DNA of 36,336 nucleotides from a bacterium (lineage in GTDB: Bacteria > Desulfobacterota > DSWW01), in assembly GCA_040756235.1 (NCBI GenBank), contig JBFLZG010000135.1, forward strand, positions 1 to 36,336, given 5' to 3'. The position numbers were made by a program, and so were the translations under genes. Shown here in pieces: positions 36,336-36,336 of the stretch. The number at the start of each line of letters is the position of its first letter. The stretch's first letter is position 1. Under the pieces are notes generated by a model. It was not told the origin of the DNA and searched no databases. It saw only the letters and a list, made by a program, of their open reading frames with translations.

Positions 36336-36336
36336 G

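Overview
High-GC bacterial chromosomal window; the gene content suggests Desulfobacterota/deltaproteobacteria (inference). No rRNA, tRNA, CRISPR array, transposase or phage gene was seen. In order it carries: tex; a SnoaL/NTF2 protein; an ADP-forming acyl-CoA synthetase alpha subunit; a GAF-GGDEF cyclase; a DAHP synthase-prephenate dehydratase fusion; a ChaN lipoprotein; a DUF711 + double-ACT pair; an MBL hydrolase; an RRM protein; a nitroreductase; a DUF1302-like outer-membrane barrel; aroB; a hotdog thioesterase; an MltD-like LysM transglycosylase; an Ig-like/phospholipase D fusion; an 11-gene PilQ/MSHA-like type IV pilus cluster; an orphan STAS protein; and the 3' end of a Bat (batC/D/E-like) cluster. 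The best unannotated signal is a complete Phe/Tyr ribosome-stalling attenuator in front of the DAHP synthase-PDT fusion: promoter, RBS, 29-aa FFYF leader peptide, alternative stems and an intrinsic terminator. Three families of intergenic repeats also occur: a modular MITE-like element, a heptamer-armed hairpin found behind both aro genes, and GTAG-type REPs. All calls come from motif recognition by eye; no database searches were run.
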